Positions 10,252 to 20,733 of a DNA stretch of 64,000 nucleotides are shown piece after piece. Position 1 is the stretch's first letter. Each line of letters opens with the position of its first letter. The stretch lies in NCBI GenBank assembly GCA_041937175.2, contig CP166615.1:1792001-1856000 (forward strand), given 5' to 3'. A program made the translations under genes and the position numbers. The notes beneath the pieces are model-generated. The model searched no databases and had not been told where the DNA came from. It worked only from the letters and a program-made list of their open reading frames with translations. The stretch comes from Limnothrix sp. BL-A-16. GTDB lineage: Bacteria; Cyanobacteriota; Cyanobacteriia; CACIAM-69d.

Positions 10252-11454
10252 ATGCCTTTCCAAGCCATTCCCCATCGCCTCAAGCTTTGGCGCGGCCAGC
10301 GGCGCTCCAAGCTATCGGATCTTGCCGCGCAAATCGTGCCGCCCGCCGTCTTTCCCTGGACTCAGGACGGAGCCGAAGACTTCTTTGCCGAAGAACCCGG
10401 CAGTACCCCGGGAACGTTGCGGATTGACCCCGATGCCGCTCCGTCGGAGTTAATCGCCATCGATTACAGTCGCACCCACTGGGAACGGCAACTTTTGGCC
10501 GCCCCCACTGACTGTGAACCCCTGCTCGACTCCGGATCGGTCACTTGGTTGGATGTGCAAGGGCTGGGTTCTGAGGACGTGTTGCGCCAGTTGGGACAAG
10601 TGTTTCGCCTCCATGCCCTCACCCTGGAAGACATTGCCAATGTGCCCCAACGGCCCAAGGTGGAATTTGAGGACGATCGGATTTTGGTGTTGGTGCATAT
10701 GTTGTCGCCCAGGGGCAAAGGGGGCGGTTATTTTACAGAACAAGTCAGCCTTTTATTGGGCAGTAATTATGTTGTGACCGTGCAAGAAGAATCGGAGCAT
10801 GATGCCCTAGAACCCGTGCGAGAACGCCTGCGAACCGATCGGGGAATTATTCGACGCATGGGATCCGATTATTTGCTATGTGCCCTTTTGGATGCGATCG
10901 TGGATGGGTGCTATCCCGCCATGGATTATTACGGTCAGGAAATTGAGCGATTAGAATGCGCCATTTTGTTTGAACCCGATCGCAAACTAATGCGCGAAAT
11001 TTATATGATTGAGCGCGATTTGTTGACCCTGCGGCGTTGGATGGCTCCCCAAACCCACGCGATCGCCCTGTTGATGCGCGAACAACATCCCCTGATCACT
11101 CAAGATGTGCGGGCCTATTTACAGGAATGTTATGAACATGCAACGGATATTTTGGATGTAGTCACGCTCTATCAAGAATTGACCGTGAACTTGATGAATT
11201 TGTACATGTCCGCTGTTAGCAACCGCATGAATGAAATCATGAAGGTGTTAACCATTGTTTCGGCAATTTTTATTCCCCTCACCTTTTTGGCGGGGATCTA
11301 TGGCATGAATTTCAACACTGAAACTTCACCTTGGAATATGCCAGAGCTGAATTGGCGCTATGGCTATCTTGTCTGTTGGTTAGTGATGATTGTCACTGCC
11401 TGTGGGTTGGTGCTGTATTTTTGGCGAAGAGGCTGGTTTAAGAATTCTTTTTAG
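10252..11454 (+). CDS. corA: Magnesium/cobalt transporter CorA
   Basis: GIYGMNF signature, MPELNW and two C-terminal TM helices. Confidence 0.92.
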   Translation: MPFQAIPHRLKLWRGQRRSKLSDLAAQIVPPAVFPWTQDGAEDFFAEEPGSTPGTLRIDPDAAPSELIAIDYSRTHWERQLLAAPTDCEPLLDSGSVTWLDVQGLGSEDVLRQLGQVFRLHALTLEDIANVPQRPKVEFEDDRILVLVHMLSPRGKGGGYFTEQVSLLLGSNYVVTVQEESEHDALEPVRERLRTDRGIIRRMGSDYLLCALLDAIVDGCYPAMDYYGQEIERLECAILFEPDRKLMREIYMIERDLLTLRRWMAPQTHAIALLMREQHPLITQDVRAYLQECYEHATDILDVVTLYQELTVNLMNLYMSAVSNRMNEIMKVLTIVSAIFIPLTFLAGIYGMNFNTETSPWNMPELNWRYGYLVCWLVMIVTACGLVLYFWRRGWFKNSF

Positions 11455-11487
11455 GGCCTTGGTGGGTGCTGTTGATTGTGGCCACTG

Positions 11488-11620
11488 AGAGGATGTCTGA
11501 AAAGCCAGAATTGCTACTCTGTATGCTCCAGCGATCAACGCAAACAAGGGGCTTAAGCCCCTTGCCCCCACGATAATTGATGCTTGGCCCGTACTGAAAG
11601 ATGCTTCTCAGACATCCGCT
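11488..11620. mobile_element. Miniature inverted-repeat element family C carrying the 22-bp palindromic core
   Basis: TIRs GGATGTCTGAAAAGC (11491-11505) and GCTTCTCAGACATCC (11603-11617), 14/15 complementary. Core CAAGGGGCTTAAGCCCCTTG at 11545-11564. Confidence 0.75.
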
Positions 11621-11897
11621 GACTGTGACCGCTCGGGCCATGGGAAAATCTGGGTTAAGGGTGATCCGGATCGAGAGCGATCTGGATTGAGGATCGACCC
11701 CACCATTGCGAAGCACGATCGAGCGGCTCCGGGATCGAGGAACCGGGCCATAATGAAACTGAACCGGTTTAAGTCTCAGCCGATCGGGCAGTAGCCGCAC
11801 TTTGTGCAATTAAGCCCAAAACTTCTTGCTGCGGGCCCCTATTTCGGCACAAATCACGATTGATCTGGATTTTGCAATCACCGATCGGGAGGTGGCT

Positions 11898-14450
11898 ATG
11901 CGCGCAGTGTTAATGGCTGGTGGTTCTGGAACGCGCCTGCGCCCATTGACCTGTGACTTACCCAAGCCAATGGTTCCAATTTTGAACCGCCCGATCGCTG
12001 AACATATTATCAACCTGCTCAAGCGCCACGGCATTTTTGAAATCATCGCTACCCTGCATTATTTGCCCGATATTTTTCGGGACTATTTTCAGGATGGAGC
12101 AGATTTTGGGGTGCGCTTAAGCTATGCCGTTGAGGAAGATCAACCCCTTGGCACCGCCGGTTCCGTAAAAAATGTTGAAGAATGGCTCAGTAGCACGTTT
12201 TTGGTCATTAGCGGCGACAGCATCACGGACTTTAACCTACAGGCCGCGATTGACTTCCATCGCCAGAAACAATCGAAAGCAACCCTAGTGTTGACAAGGG
12301 TTCCCAACCCGATCGAGTTTGGGGCAGTGATTGTGGATGGGGATCAGCGCATTGTTCGCTTCCTAGAAAAACCATCAGCCAGCGAAATTTTTTCCGACAC
12401 GATCAACACGGGAATTTATATTCTCGAACCGGAAGTTTTGCGCTATTTAGACCGCAATCAGGAAGCAGATTTTTCCACAGATTTGTTTCCCTTACTTCTG
12501 GCCGAAGGAGAACCTATTTATGGCTACATTGCTGAGGGCTATTGGTGCGATGTGGGGCATTTAGACACCTACCGCGAAGCCCACTATGCTGCCCTTCACG
12601 GCAAGGTCAAACTGGACTTTGCCTATCAAATGATTTCGCCGGGTTTGTGGGTGGGTGAAAATACCGCGATCGACGATCGCGCCAAAATTTTGCCCCCTGT
12701 CTTAATTGGTCACAATTGCCGAATTGGCCCCCGCGCCACGATCGAATCCGGCACGGTGATTGGCGATAACGTCACGATCGGTGCTGAAGCGGATCTCAAG
12801 CGCCCCATCATTTGGAACGGGGCGATCATTGGCGAAGAAGCCCACCTCTACGCCTGCACGATCGCCCGAGGGGTGCGGATCGATCGCCGGGCCCGGGTGT
12901 TTGAAGGCGTGGCGATCGGCTCCCTGTCCATGGTGGGCGAAGAGTCCCAAATCAACAGCCTGGTGCGCGTTTGGCCCAGCAAGCACATTGAGTCGGGAGC
13001 CATCCTCAATCTGGATTTAATTTGGGGCCAAACCGCCCACCGCAACCTATTTGGTCAACGCGGCGTAGCTGGCTTAGCCAACATTGACATCACGCCAGAA
13101 TTTGCTGTCAAGCTGGGAGCCGCCTATGGTTCCACCCTGCAACCGGGCGCACAGGTGACCGTTTCGCGCGACCAACGCAGCATCTCGCGGATGGTGACGC
13201 GATCGTTCATTTCCGGCCTGATGTCCGTGGGGGTCAATGTCCAAAACCTGGAAGCCACGCCGATTCCCGTGGCTCGTAGCGTTGTGCCCACCTTGGGAGT
13301 GGTGGGCGGTGTGCATGTGCGCATTGATCCCGATCGCCCCGATCGCGCCGCCATTGAATTTTTTGACGACAAGGGGATTAACCTCTCCAAAGGCAAAGAG
13401 AAAAAAATCGAAGGGGCCTATTTCAAAGAAGATTTGCGCCGGGTTCAAATTGACGAAATTGGCGATGTTTTTTACCCCAGCCAAACCCTTGAAATCTACC
13501 GCAGTTGTTTTGAAAAACACCTCAACCTAGAGGCCATTCGCTACAGCAACGCCAAGGTGGTGGTGGACTATGCCTATTCTGTTTCTGGGGCGATTTTGCC
13601 CCAATTACTGAGTAAGTTTGGTTGCGAAGCGGTGGTGCTGAATGCCAGCTTGACCCAAATGGTGGCCGATGCCGATGGTCGAGAGGCCCTGTTGGTGCAG
13701 CTAGGCCGCGTGGTGGAAGCGATTTCCGCCACCTTTGGGGCCCAAATTTTGGCCAATGGGGAGCAGTTAATTTTGGCCGACGAGGCCGGTGGTCTGATTC
13801 GTGGGGAGGCACTCACGGCGTTGCTGGTGGAAGCAGTGTTGGCGGCCCATCCTCGATCGTCCGTGGTGGTTCCTGTACGGGCCTCCGGGGCGATCGAGCA
13901 AATTGCCCGCCGCCATGATGGCCGCGTCATCCGCACCAAATGTAATCCCACCGCCCTGATGGAAGCCTGTCGCGCTTATCCCAATGTGGTGCTCGGCGGC
14001 AGTGGAGATATGGGCTTCATTTTCCCAGAATTGCATCCGGGGTTTGATGCGATGTTCTGCGTTGCCAAACTGATTGAACTATTGGCCATTCAAGAGCGAA
14101 CCCTAGCGGATTTACGAGCCGATAGTTTGCCCCGTATCTATCACAAATACTTCACTGTTCGCTGTCCTTGGACGGTGAAGGGATCCCTAATGCGCCACTT
14201 AGTTGAATCCCACTCACCCAGCACCTTGGAAATGATTGATGGGGTTAAGGTGCACGATCGCGCGCGGGACAGTTGGATCCTGGTGCTGCCCGATGCCAGT
14301 GAACCCCTGGTGCATTTAATTGCCGATAGCCCTAGTCGAGAATGGGTAGAACTGACCCTGCGGGACTATCGCCAATTGGTGCAGGAATTCATTGCGCGCG
14401 ATCGGGGCATTGAAGAAGTCGTGGAGTTTGAAAACCGGGTTTTGGCCTAG
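11898..14450 (+). CDS. Mannose-1-phosphate guanylyltransferase / phosphomannomutase-like fusion
   Basis: MAGGSGTRLRPLT..PKP NTP-transferase motif, hexapeptide repeats, then a PGM/PMM-like domain (LFGQRGVAG..DITPEF). GGAGG RBS before ATG 11898. Confidence 0.88.
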   Translation: MRAVLMAGGSGTRLRPLTCDLPKPMVPILNRPIAEHIINLLKRHGIFEIIATLHYLPDIFRDYFQDGADFGVRLSYAVEEDQPLGTAGSVKNVEEWLSSTFLVISGDSITDFNLQAAIDFHRQKQSKATLVLTRVPNPIEFGAVIVDGDQRIVRFLEKPSASEIFSDTINTGIYILEPEVLRYLDRNQEADFSTDLFPLLLAEGEPIYGYIAEGYWCDVGHLDTYREAHYAALHGKVKLDFAYQMISPGLWVGENTAIDDRAKILPPVLIGHNCRIGPRATIESGTVIGDNVTIGAEADLKRPIIWNGAIIGEEAHLYACTIARGVRIDRRARVFEGVAIGSLSMVGEESQINSLVRVWPSKHIESGAILNLDLIWGQTAHRNLFGQRGVAGLANIDITPEFAVKLGAAYGSTLQPGAQVTVSRDQRSISRMVTRSFISGLMSVGVNVQNLEATPIPVARSVVPTLGVVGGVHVRIDPDRPDRAAIEFFDDKGINLSKGKEKKIEGAYFKEDLRRVQIDEIGDVFYPSQTLEIYRSCFEKHLNLEAIRYSNAKVVVDYAYSVSGAILPQLLSKFGCEAVVLNASLTQMVADADGREALLVQLGRVVEAISATFGAQILANGEQLILADEAGGLIRGEALTALLVEAVLAAHPRSSVVVPVRASGAIEQIARRHDGRVIRTKCNPTALMEACRAYPNVVLGGSGDMGFIFPELHPGFDAMFCVAKLIELLAIQERTLADLRADSLPRIYHKYFTVRCPWTVKGSLMRHLVESHSPSTLEMIDGVKVHDRARDSWILVLPDASEPLVHLIADSPSREWVELTLRDYRQLVQEFIARDRGIEEVVEFENRVLA

Positions 14451-14469
14451 CGCATTTTCGCTCAACTTG

Positions 14470-14785
14470 TAGTAGCGCGGCTGCCTTAATTGATTGGGTT
14501 AAAGTTGCGGAGTCAGTCGTTGTAACAAGGGGCCTAGGGGATGTCGCCATTTTTCAAGGTGATGCTGAAACGGTTGATTTTCCATGTCCTAATCGTCGTA
14601 ACAAGATGCTCAAGCCCCTTGTCCCCCACGATCCGCTAACGGCAGATCTCCCCACGATCCGCTAACGGCAGATCTAGGGTTTCGGGTTCAACAATGACAA
14701 ACCCTAAGCCCCTTGCCACCTAACGATCAGGTCACGACAACCATCATTTGACTTGACCGATCAAAATCAGCTTGCCGCGCTAGTA
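14470..14785 (+). mobile_element. Family A miniature element interrupted by a nested family B element
   Basis: TIRs TAGTAGCGCGGC / GCCGCGCTAGTA. Removing the 14535-14706 insert and one TA restores a 146-bp element collinear with 38901-39046. Confidence 0.85.
14535..14706 (+). mobile_element. Family B miniature element (TA-flanked) with an internal 26-bp tandem duplication
   Basis: TAGGGGATGTCGCCATT...AATGACAAACCCTA; homologous to 43331-43477 and 50253-50398; CCCCACGATCCGCTAACGGCAGATCT present twice. Confidence 0.85.
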
Positions 14786-15090
14786 GGGTGGGCAATGTCC
14801 ACCTGCAACTCATTTCTCAACGACTCTGATCGCCCTTTGGGAGAGAGGAATCAGCAACTTGGGGATAGATGTTGCCTTGGCTAGGGAGTCGTGAACAATG
14901 CTCACCCTAATAGCTGGATCTTGGCTGAAATCTTGATTCAGGCCTTGGCTGCGGCCAGCCCTCCGCAGCTCCTGCCACAACCCAAGTAACAATTAATACA
15001 AACAAATCACTGGAATTGGGATTCCACCCAGAAACCGGTAGCATTCCGTAGCATTCAGTCGCCACCAAACTCGGCACAATCGAGTATTCT

Positions 15091-15822
15091 GTGAATGACT
15101 CTCGCGATCACCCCATGGAAGACCGTCCCACCTCCCGTGACACCCATGCGGACATTGAGCGGCTCATTGAATCGGCTCCGTTTTTTCGGGCGCTGCCGCG
15201 TGATGCCGTCGAGTTAGCTACTGCCCACGTTGTCACCCGCACCCATCCATCGAACCAAGTCATTCTGTTGGAAAATGACTGGGGCGGTTCGGTGTACTTC
15301 ATCTTGGAAGGTTGGGTCAAAATCCGCACCTACAACCTGGAAGGCAAGGAAGTAACCCTGAACATTCTGGGTCGTGGTGAAATTTTTGGCGAAATGGCGG
15401 CCCTCGATGAAGTGCCCCGATCGACCGATGCCATTACCTTGGCCCCCACCACCATCGGTAGCATTCCCGCCCAGGACTTCATCACCCTGGTGGAAACGGA
15501 ACCCCAGGCGGGCATCAAGTTGGCCCAACTGATGGGGCGGCGGTTGCGCCAGGTGAACCGGCGGTTGCGATTGCGGGAATCCGACAGCGTATCGCGGGTG
15601 GCCGATATTTTGATGTTTTTGGCGGAGGGCCAGGGCCGCAGCAGCGATCGGGGCGTGGAAATTCCCAACTTGCCCCATCGCGAACTGAGCAGCCTCAGTG
15701 GCCTGGCCCGCGAAACCGTCACCCGGGTGCTGACCAAGCTGGAAAAAAAGAGCCTGATTGAACGGGATGGGGATGTGCTGCGAATCCCCAGTTTGAACGC
15801 TTTGGAGCGCACCATTTGCTAG
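15091..15822 (+). CDS. Crp/Fnr-family transcriptional regulator (SyCRP-like)
   Basis: cNMP-binding FGEMA..PRS motif and HTH motif LSGLARETVTRVL. Confidence 0.9.
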   Translation: MNDSRDHPMEDRPTSRDTHADIERLIESAPFFRALPRDAVELATAHVVTRTHPSNQVILLENDWGGSVYFILEGWVKIRTYNLEGKEVTLNILGRGEIFGEMAALDEVPRSTDAITLAPTTIGSIPAQDFITLVETEPQAGIKLAQLMGRRLRQVNRRLRLRESDSVSRVADILMFLAEGQGRSSDRGVEIPNLPHRELSSLSGLARETVTRVLTKLEKKSLIERDGDVLRIPSLNALERTIC

Positions 15823-17072
15823 GTTGGTCGCGCCACGGGCTAGCCGAAACCGCGGCCGGAGATCCGCCCCCGATCGCCCCGGCCATGGCCCAGGCCTTGC
15901 ACGATCGCCTGGCGGCCGCCGGGGGCCAAATTACCTTTGCCGACTACATGGCCCTGGTGTTGTATGACCCCCAGGTGGGCTACTACGCGGGATCGGGCGA
16001 TCGGGTTGGCATTGGCCCCCAGGGCGATTTTGTCACCTCGCCCCACCTCTGCCCCGATTTTGCGGAACTTTTAGCGGATCAGGTGGCCGAATGTTGGGCG
16101 CGGCTGGGTTGCCCGCCTGCCTTTGACCTGGTGGAAATGGGAGCCGGCCAGGGAGTGATGGCGGCGGATTTGCTCACCCATTTGCAAACGGCCCATCCAG
16201 ACTGTTGGGCCGCCACGACCTATCGAATTGTGGAAATTTCGCCAGCCCTCAGGGCAGTGCAGCGATCGCGCTTGGCGGCTTGTCCAGCGGCGGGCGATCG
16301 GGTCGTTTGGTCTACCTGGGAGACGATCGCCCCCAATTCGATCATGGGCTGCTTTTTATCCAATGAATTGGTGGATGCTTTCCCTGTTCATCGGGTGATC
16401 TGGCAAGGGGGGCAGCTCCAAGAATGTTACGTCACCGCCTCGGAAGGACATCTGAGCGATCGCGTGGGGCCCCTGTCCACGGAGCGGCTAGCCACCTATT
16501 TTCAGACCCTCAACATTGACTTTGCCCGGGGTGCTTATCCCGAGGGCTATTGCACCGAGGTGAACTTGGCGGCGTTGGACTGGCTGGCAACCTTGGCCGA
16601 GCGGCTGCGATCGGGCTATCTGCTCACCATTGACTACGGCTACGAGGCCCAGCGGTTTTACCACCCCAGTCGATCGGGCGGCACGCTCCAGTGTTACACC
16701 CGCCACGCCCACCACAACGACCCCTACTGGTTGCCAGGCCAGCAGGACTTGACGGCCCACGTGGACTTCAGCGCCCTGCAACATTGGGGCGAACAGCAGG
16801 GCCTGCAAACCCTGGGATTCACGCGCCAAAGTTTGTTTTTAATGGCCCTTGGCTTGGGCGATCGATTGATGGCCCTCAGCCAGGGCGGGGCGATCGCCCA
16901 GACGATGGATTTTCAGAAAATTTTGCATCGTCGGGATGTGTTGCACCGCCTCATCGATCCCACGGGTCTCGGCAACTTTGGGGTTCTAATTCAGGGTAAG
17001 AACCTGCCACCGGAGGCGATCAATCCTCCCCTCAAAGGCCTGCAAGAACCCATGGGTCTGGGCTTTGTCTAG
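15816..17072 (+). CDS. SAM-dependent methyltransferase, MidA/NDUFAF7 family
   Basis: ITFADYM, GDFVTSP, VEMGAGQG, SNELVDAFP, IDYG and DLTAHVDF motifs. The real start may be ATG 15885. Confidence 0.88.
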   Translation: MLGWSRHGLAETAAGDPPPIAPAMAQALHDRLAAAGGQITFADYMALVLYDPQVGYYAGSGDRVGIGPQGDFVTSPHLCPDFAELLADQVAECWARLGCPPAFDLVEMGAGQGVMAADLLTHLQTAHPDCWAATTYRIVEISPALRAVQRSRLAACPAAGDRVVWSTWETIAPNSIMGCFLSNELVDAFPVHRVIWQGGQLQECYVTASEGHLSDRVGPLSTERLATYFQTLNIDFARGAYPEGYCTEVNLAALDWLATLAERLRSGYLLTIDYGYEAQRFYHPSRSGGTLQCYTRHAHHNDPYWLPGQQDLTAHVDFSALQHWGEQQGLQTLGFTRQSLFLMALGLGDRLMALSQGGAIAQTMDFQKILHRRDVLHRLIDPTGLGNFGVLIQGKNLPPEAINPPLKGLQEPMGLGFV

Positions 17073-17223
17073 GGGGAATCTCCAGCCCGATCGCCCGGTT
17101 CCAGCACCGCTTGTCCAGTGGCCGACTACAATCAAGAATGCCGTCCTTTTGGGGCGGGGTTATCAGATCCCGTAATTTTCTAACGAAAAACGGATTCAAT
17201 CTTCATTCCTTTGAACAGCAACC

Positions 17224-17475
17224 ATGGTCACGCCCGATCGCATCACAACTGCCATCAAGGCCACCCTGCCCGACGCAGAAATTCAGCTTGCGGGTGACGG
17301 CGACCACTACGAGGCGATCGTTGTCTCTGCGGCCTTCGCGGGCAAAAGCCGTGTCCAGCAACACCAACTGGTCTATGGCGCACTGAATGACGATCTCCGC
17401 AGCGGAGCGCTTCATGCCCTTGCCCTCAAGACCTTTACCCCCGAAAGCTGGGCCGCACAACAAGCCACCGCTTAG
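17224..17475 (+). CDS. bolA: BolA family protein
   Basis: [27 protein letters not shown]. Confidence 0.92.
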   Translation: MVTPDRITTAIKATLPDAEIQLAGDGDHYEAIVVSAAFAGKSRVQQHQLVYGALNDDLRSGALHALALKTFTPESWAAQQATA

Positions 17476-17720
17476 GGGCCTCAACCGGGGCCAAACATCA
17501 GCAGTTCCTGAGAACGAAGAACCTCTAGAAACCAAAAGTTTCTGGAAAATGGCCCAGTGAAGATGCTGAAAGCGTCAAAAAAAGGCAAAAATTAGCCAAA
17601 ATTGGCCAGGATGAATCCTTGGCTGTTTCATCTCAATCACCAAGGCAAGGAGCCGCAGTTCCTTGTTTTGTTCTAACTTTGTCCTAACCACGTCCACTAT
17701 TACGATCGCGGATAGCCACC

Positions 17721-18044
17721 ATGACCCCTGAAACGAAACAACGCATCGAAAGCTTGGTGCAGAACAACAAAGTGATGCTGTTTATGAAGGGCACAAAATT
17801 GATGCCCATGTGCGGCTTTTCGAACACTGTGGTGCAAGTTCTGAATGCGGTGGGTGTGCCCTTCGAGTCTGTGAATGTTCTGGATGAGCCAGAAATTCGG
17901 GAAGGCATCAAGGAGTTTTCTAACTGGCAGACTATTCCGCAACTTTACATCGATGGCAAATTTATCGGCGGTGCGGATATCACCGTTGAGATGTACCAAA
18001 GCGGTGAGCTACAACAACTGTTGGAAGTCGCAATTGCTTCTTAA
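17721..18044 (+). CDS. grxD: Monothiol glutaredoxin Grx4
   Basis: KGT..PMCGFS, WQTIPQLY and GGAD motifs; adjacent to bolA. Confidence 0.93.
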   Translation: MTPETKQRIESLVQNNKVMLFMKGTKLMPMCGFSNTVVQVLNAVGVPFESVNVLDEPEIREGIKEFSNWQTIPQLYIDGKFIGGADITVEMYQSGELQQLLEVAIAS

Positions 18045-18095
18045 ATGAAGCCTAAAAAGCATCTTGAAGCCATTGCCTTCTAGTCATTTTGGGGG

Positions 18096-18164
18096 CAAGG
18101 GGCTTAAGCCCCTTGTCTTCGTTATAAGCCCCTTGTCTTCGTTATAAGCCCCTTGTTTTCGTTA
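18096..18164. repeat. Palindromic core followed by a 20-bp tandem repeat x3
   Basis: CAAGGGGCTTAAGCCCCTTG at 18096-18115; unit TAAGCCCCTTGTCTTCGTTA at 18105, 18125 and 18145 (last copy has one mismatch). Confidence 0.9.
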
Positions 18165-18202
18165 ATTGATTAGGCAACTTACCCATTCCCATTCCTAACT
18201 CC

Positions 18203-18766
18203 ATGACCCTCCATCCCCTGATGTTTGCCATTTTTGGCCTGTCGTTGGATACGATTTTCTCTACCCAAGGCATCATGGTGCTGCTGTTGATGGCCTATGG
18301 GGGAGCCATGTGGATGTTTCTGTCCAGCGCGCCCAAGGTTCACACCATCATGGTGTCGGATTTGGAAATTGCCCGACAGTTCTATGAGGGAGATTTGGAA
18401 TTGGCAATGGCGGATGTGCCCTTGCAGTATTACTACAATTACGAACAAACCCTCGGGGCTACCGCGATCGACCCGCTTTATATGGCTCCCAGTACCTTTG
18501 CGCGCGTCGCCAACCCAGCTCCCTTGCCCGATGGTTTGTGGTATCAACTCAAAAAGAATGTGCAGCTCCATGTGATTGCTGGAGCCAGTTTGGGCGATCG
18601 CAACCATCAGCGCCACGTTTGTTTTGATCGCGACTGTCTAGAACAAATTTTGCTGCGAGTTCAGGTGCGAGGAATTCGGCACAAGATCCGCCAGGAGTTA
18701 CCGCTCAATTTCCTGGTCAAGGATTGGTCGGGTCGCACCTTGGAATTAACCGAAGCGAATCAGTAA
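18203..18766 (+). CDS. Glyoxalase/VOC-like domain membrane protein (conserved in cyanobacteria)
   Basis: N-terminal TM, then VHTIMVSDLEIARQFY, QLHVI and RHVCFD. Confidence 0.7.
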   Translation: MTLHPLMFAIFGLSLDTIFSTQGIMVLLLMAYGGAMWMFLSSAPKVHTIMVSDLEIARQFYEGDLELAMADVPLQYYYNYEQTLGATAIDPLYMAPSTFARVANPAPLPDGLWYQLKKNVQLHVIAGASLGDRNHQRHVCFDRDCLEQILLRVQVRGIRHKIRQELPLNFLVKDWSGRTLELTEANQ

Positions 18767-18788
18767 CCTCAAGGGCGATCGCTCGACC

Positions 18789-19733
18789 TTAAGGAACCGG
18801 AACGAGCGGTGTGGATGAATGCTGAATCGAGGGGGGCTGCCCAAGCCAGGCCTCAGCAGCATCGATCGCCCCGGTGCGATCGACCCAAACGGAAGCGGCC
18901 CGGGTCACTTGCCCGGCCAGCAATTCCACCCACACAAAATGGTGTAGCCGTCCCCGATCGTGCTCCCGAATTCGGGGAACCACCGCCGCGTTCACATACA
19001 CCGTTCCCTGGGCATCGCTAGCCGTGGCTTGCCGCAATCGATCCTTGCGGTGGCGCAGGTGGTGGTGCATGTGGCCAAAGGTAACCAAAGCCACCTGTTG
19101 ATGGCGCTGTTGGGCGATGCGGATGGCTTGGCGCAGGTCAGGATCGCCAAAATCGCCGCCGAGGGGTTGCCAATCGCGCCCACAAATTGACTCCGGTTGA
19201 TCCCCAAGCCCATGGGGGCCGTTATGGCCCAGAAAAATGAGAGTGGGTTGGGTGGCGCGGGCCGCCGCTTGGGCAATTCGATCGGCCGAGTCCATCATGC
19301 CCCTCACGGCAAAGCGATCGCGGTAAAACTCTCCATAGCTCCAGTTTGGGCCGCCCCAGCTAAAGGGTCGCCCCCCAATCACACTCAACCCCAACTCCGG
19401 CCAGTCCAGGCAACCGTAGCCCACATGGGCCACCCCCAACAGATCCAGTTGCTCCTGCACTCGGTCTTCGCGGCTGCGATCGTAGGGACATTTTTTGCGG
19501 CCCCAAGGAGTCGCGCTATACCAAGAATCATGGTTGCCCAAAATCACCGCTTTCGGCAAAGGCAACGCCGCGATCGCTCGGGTAATTTCCACCGCTTCGT
19601 TGCCAAAATCACCCACAAACAACGCCGCATCAACGCCTAGACCTTGGAGAGCGTGGGCATCGTCAGCCGTCCACTGGTCATGGACATCGCCAATGATGGC
19701 GAGATGGATCGGGCGGGAGGCAGCGGCGGTCAT
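18789..19733 (-). CDS. Metallophosphoesterase (TIGR04168-like)
   Basis: GDVH, VGDFG, GNHD, HNGP and FGHMH motifs. Confidence 0.85.
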   Translation of the reverse strand: MTAAASRPIHLAIIGDVHDQWTADDAHALQGLGVDAALFVGDFGNEAVEITRAIAALPLPKAVILGNHDSWYSATPWGRKKCPYDRSREDRVQEQLDLLGVAHVGYGCLDWPELGLSVIGGRPFSWGGPNWSYGEFYRDRFAVRGMMDSADRIAQAAARATQPTLIFLGHNGPHGLGDQPESICGRDWQPLGGDFGDPDLRQAIRIAQQRHQQVALVTFGHMHHHLRHRKDRLRQATASDAQGTVYVNAAVVPRIREHDRGRLHHFVWVELLAGQVTRAASVWVDRTGAIDAAEAWLGQPPSIQHSSTPLVPVP

Positions 19734-19837
19734 GGCGATTTTAGAGATGCTATTTAGTTAAAACGTCAAGGAAGTGAAAGCGTTGAAGAAGTGAAAGCGT
19801 TAAAGATACTATTTAGAAATACCCTTGCAAATGACCT

Positions 19838-20659
19838 TTAGAAATCCGAAAGACGGTCTAATAGGGCAGCGATCGGGGCGCGATCGAACGCTTGTGGCTT
19901 TGCTTCCAAATAGGCTTGCAAATCGGCTCGGGCTTCGGTAAATCGCTCCAATTGGTAATACAACAGTCCCCGATCGCGCCGCTCCTGGATCGCGTCGGGA
20001 AAGATCAACAGAATTTGCTCAATCACTCGGGCCGCACGGATCGGATCCTGTTGGCTGATATAGATCGCCTTGAGGTTGGTCAGCATTCTCACCAGGAAAC
20101 GATGCGGATCCACCGGTTCCAGAAATTGAGGTTTGAGGGCCACCGGTTGCCCATAAATGCTACTGAGGCGATCGGCACAATCCTGCGGAAACAGAATTTC
20201 GCCCTGGGCAAAGGCATCCACAAAAATTCCCGCCTCCTCAAAGTCTGGGCGGATGATAAAGTGGCCCGGCATTCCAATGCCAACCATGGGGAAATTCAGC
20301 CGCTTCGCAACTTCTAAATAAACTAATGAAAGGGTGATGGGAATTCCCAAACGGCGATCCAACACCTCATTAAAAAAGCTATTGCGTGGATCGTAATAAT
20401 CCGCTTGATTGCCGCTGAATTTTAACTCTGTGAATAGGTATTGATTAATTGCTCGAATTACCCGCATGGGAACCCGATCGCCCGCCAGTCGATCGCCCAC
20501 CACTGCCGCCATCTGATCCAGTTGGTTTAAATAGGATTCCACCGCCAGGCCCGGGTAGTCTTCTTGGGCAAGGTAAAGGGCCGCTCGGGCTAGGTCAATT
20601 TGCTCGATCGGCCGTCGAACTTCTTGCAAAAAAGCCTGTCGAGCTTGGGAAAATTCCAT
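19838..20659 (-). CDS. SirB1-family transglutaminase-like protein with TPR
   Basis: YYDPRNSF..VLDRRLGIPITL..GMPGHF; RMLTNLK; ERRDRG TPR. Confidence 0.85.
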   Translation of the reverse strand: MEFSQARQAFLQEVRRPIEQIDLARAALYLAQEDYPGLAVESYLNQLDQMAAVVGDRLAGDRVPMRVIRAINQYLFTELKFSGNQADYYDPRNSFFNEVLDRRLGIPITLSLVYLEVAKRLNFPMVGIGMPGHFIIRPDFEEAGIFVDAFAQGEILFPQDCADRLSSIYGQPVALKPQFLEPVDPHRFLVRMLTNLKAIYISQQDPIRAARVIEQILLIFPDAIQERRDRGLLYYQLERFTEARADLQAYLEAKPQAFDRAPIAALLDRLSDF

Positions 20660-20733
20660 CGGGGCGATCGTCGCTAAAGGGCAGAATTGAGAACTTAAGG
20701 CCAGCAAAACCCGAAACAGGCAAAACCCAGAAA

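Noticed and set aside
11438..11809. 123-aa ORF containing GKGLKPLV
   Set aside because: It reads through the family C repeat and shows no other coding evidence.
18096..18164. Possible CRISPR array
   Set aside because: The units are head-to-tail with no spacers and no cas genes are in the window.
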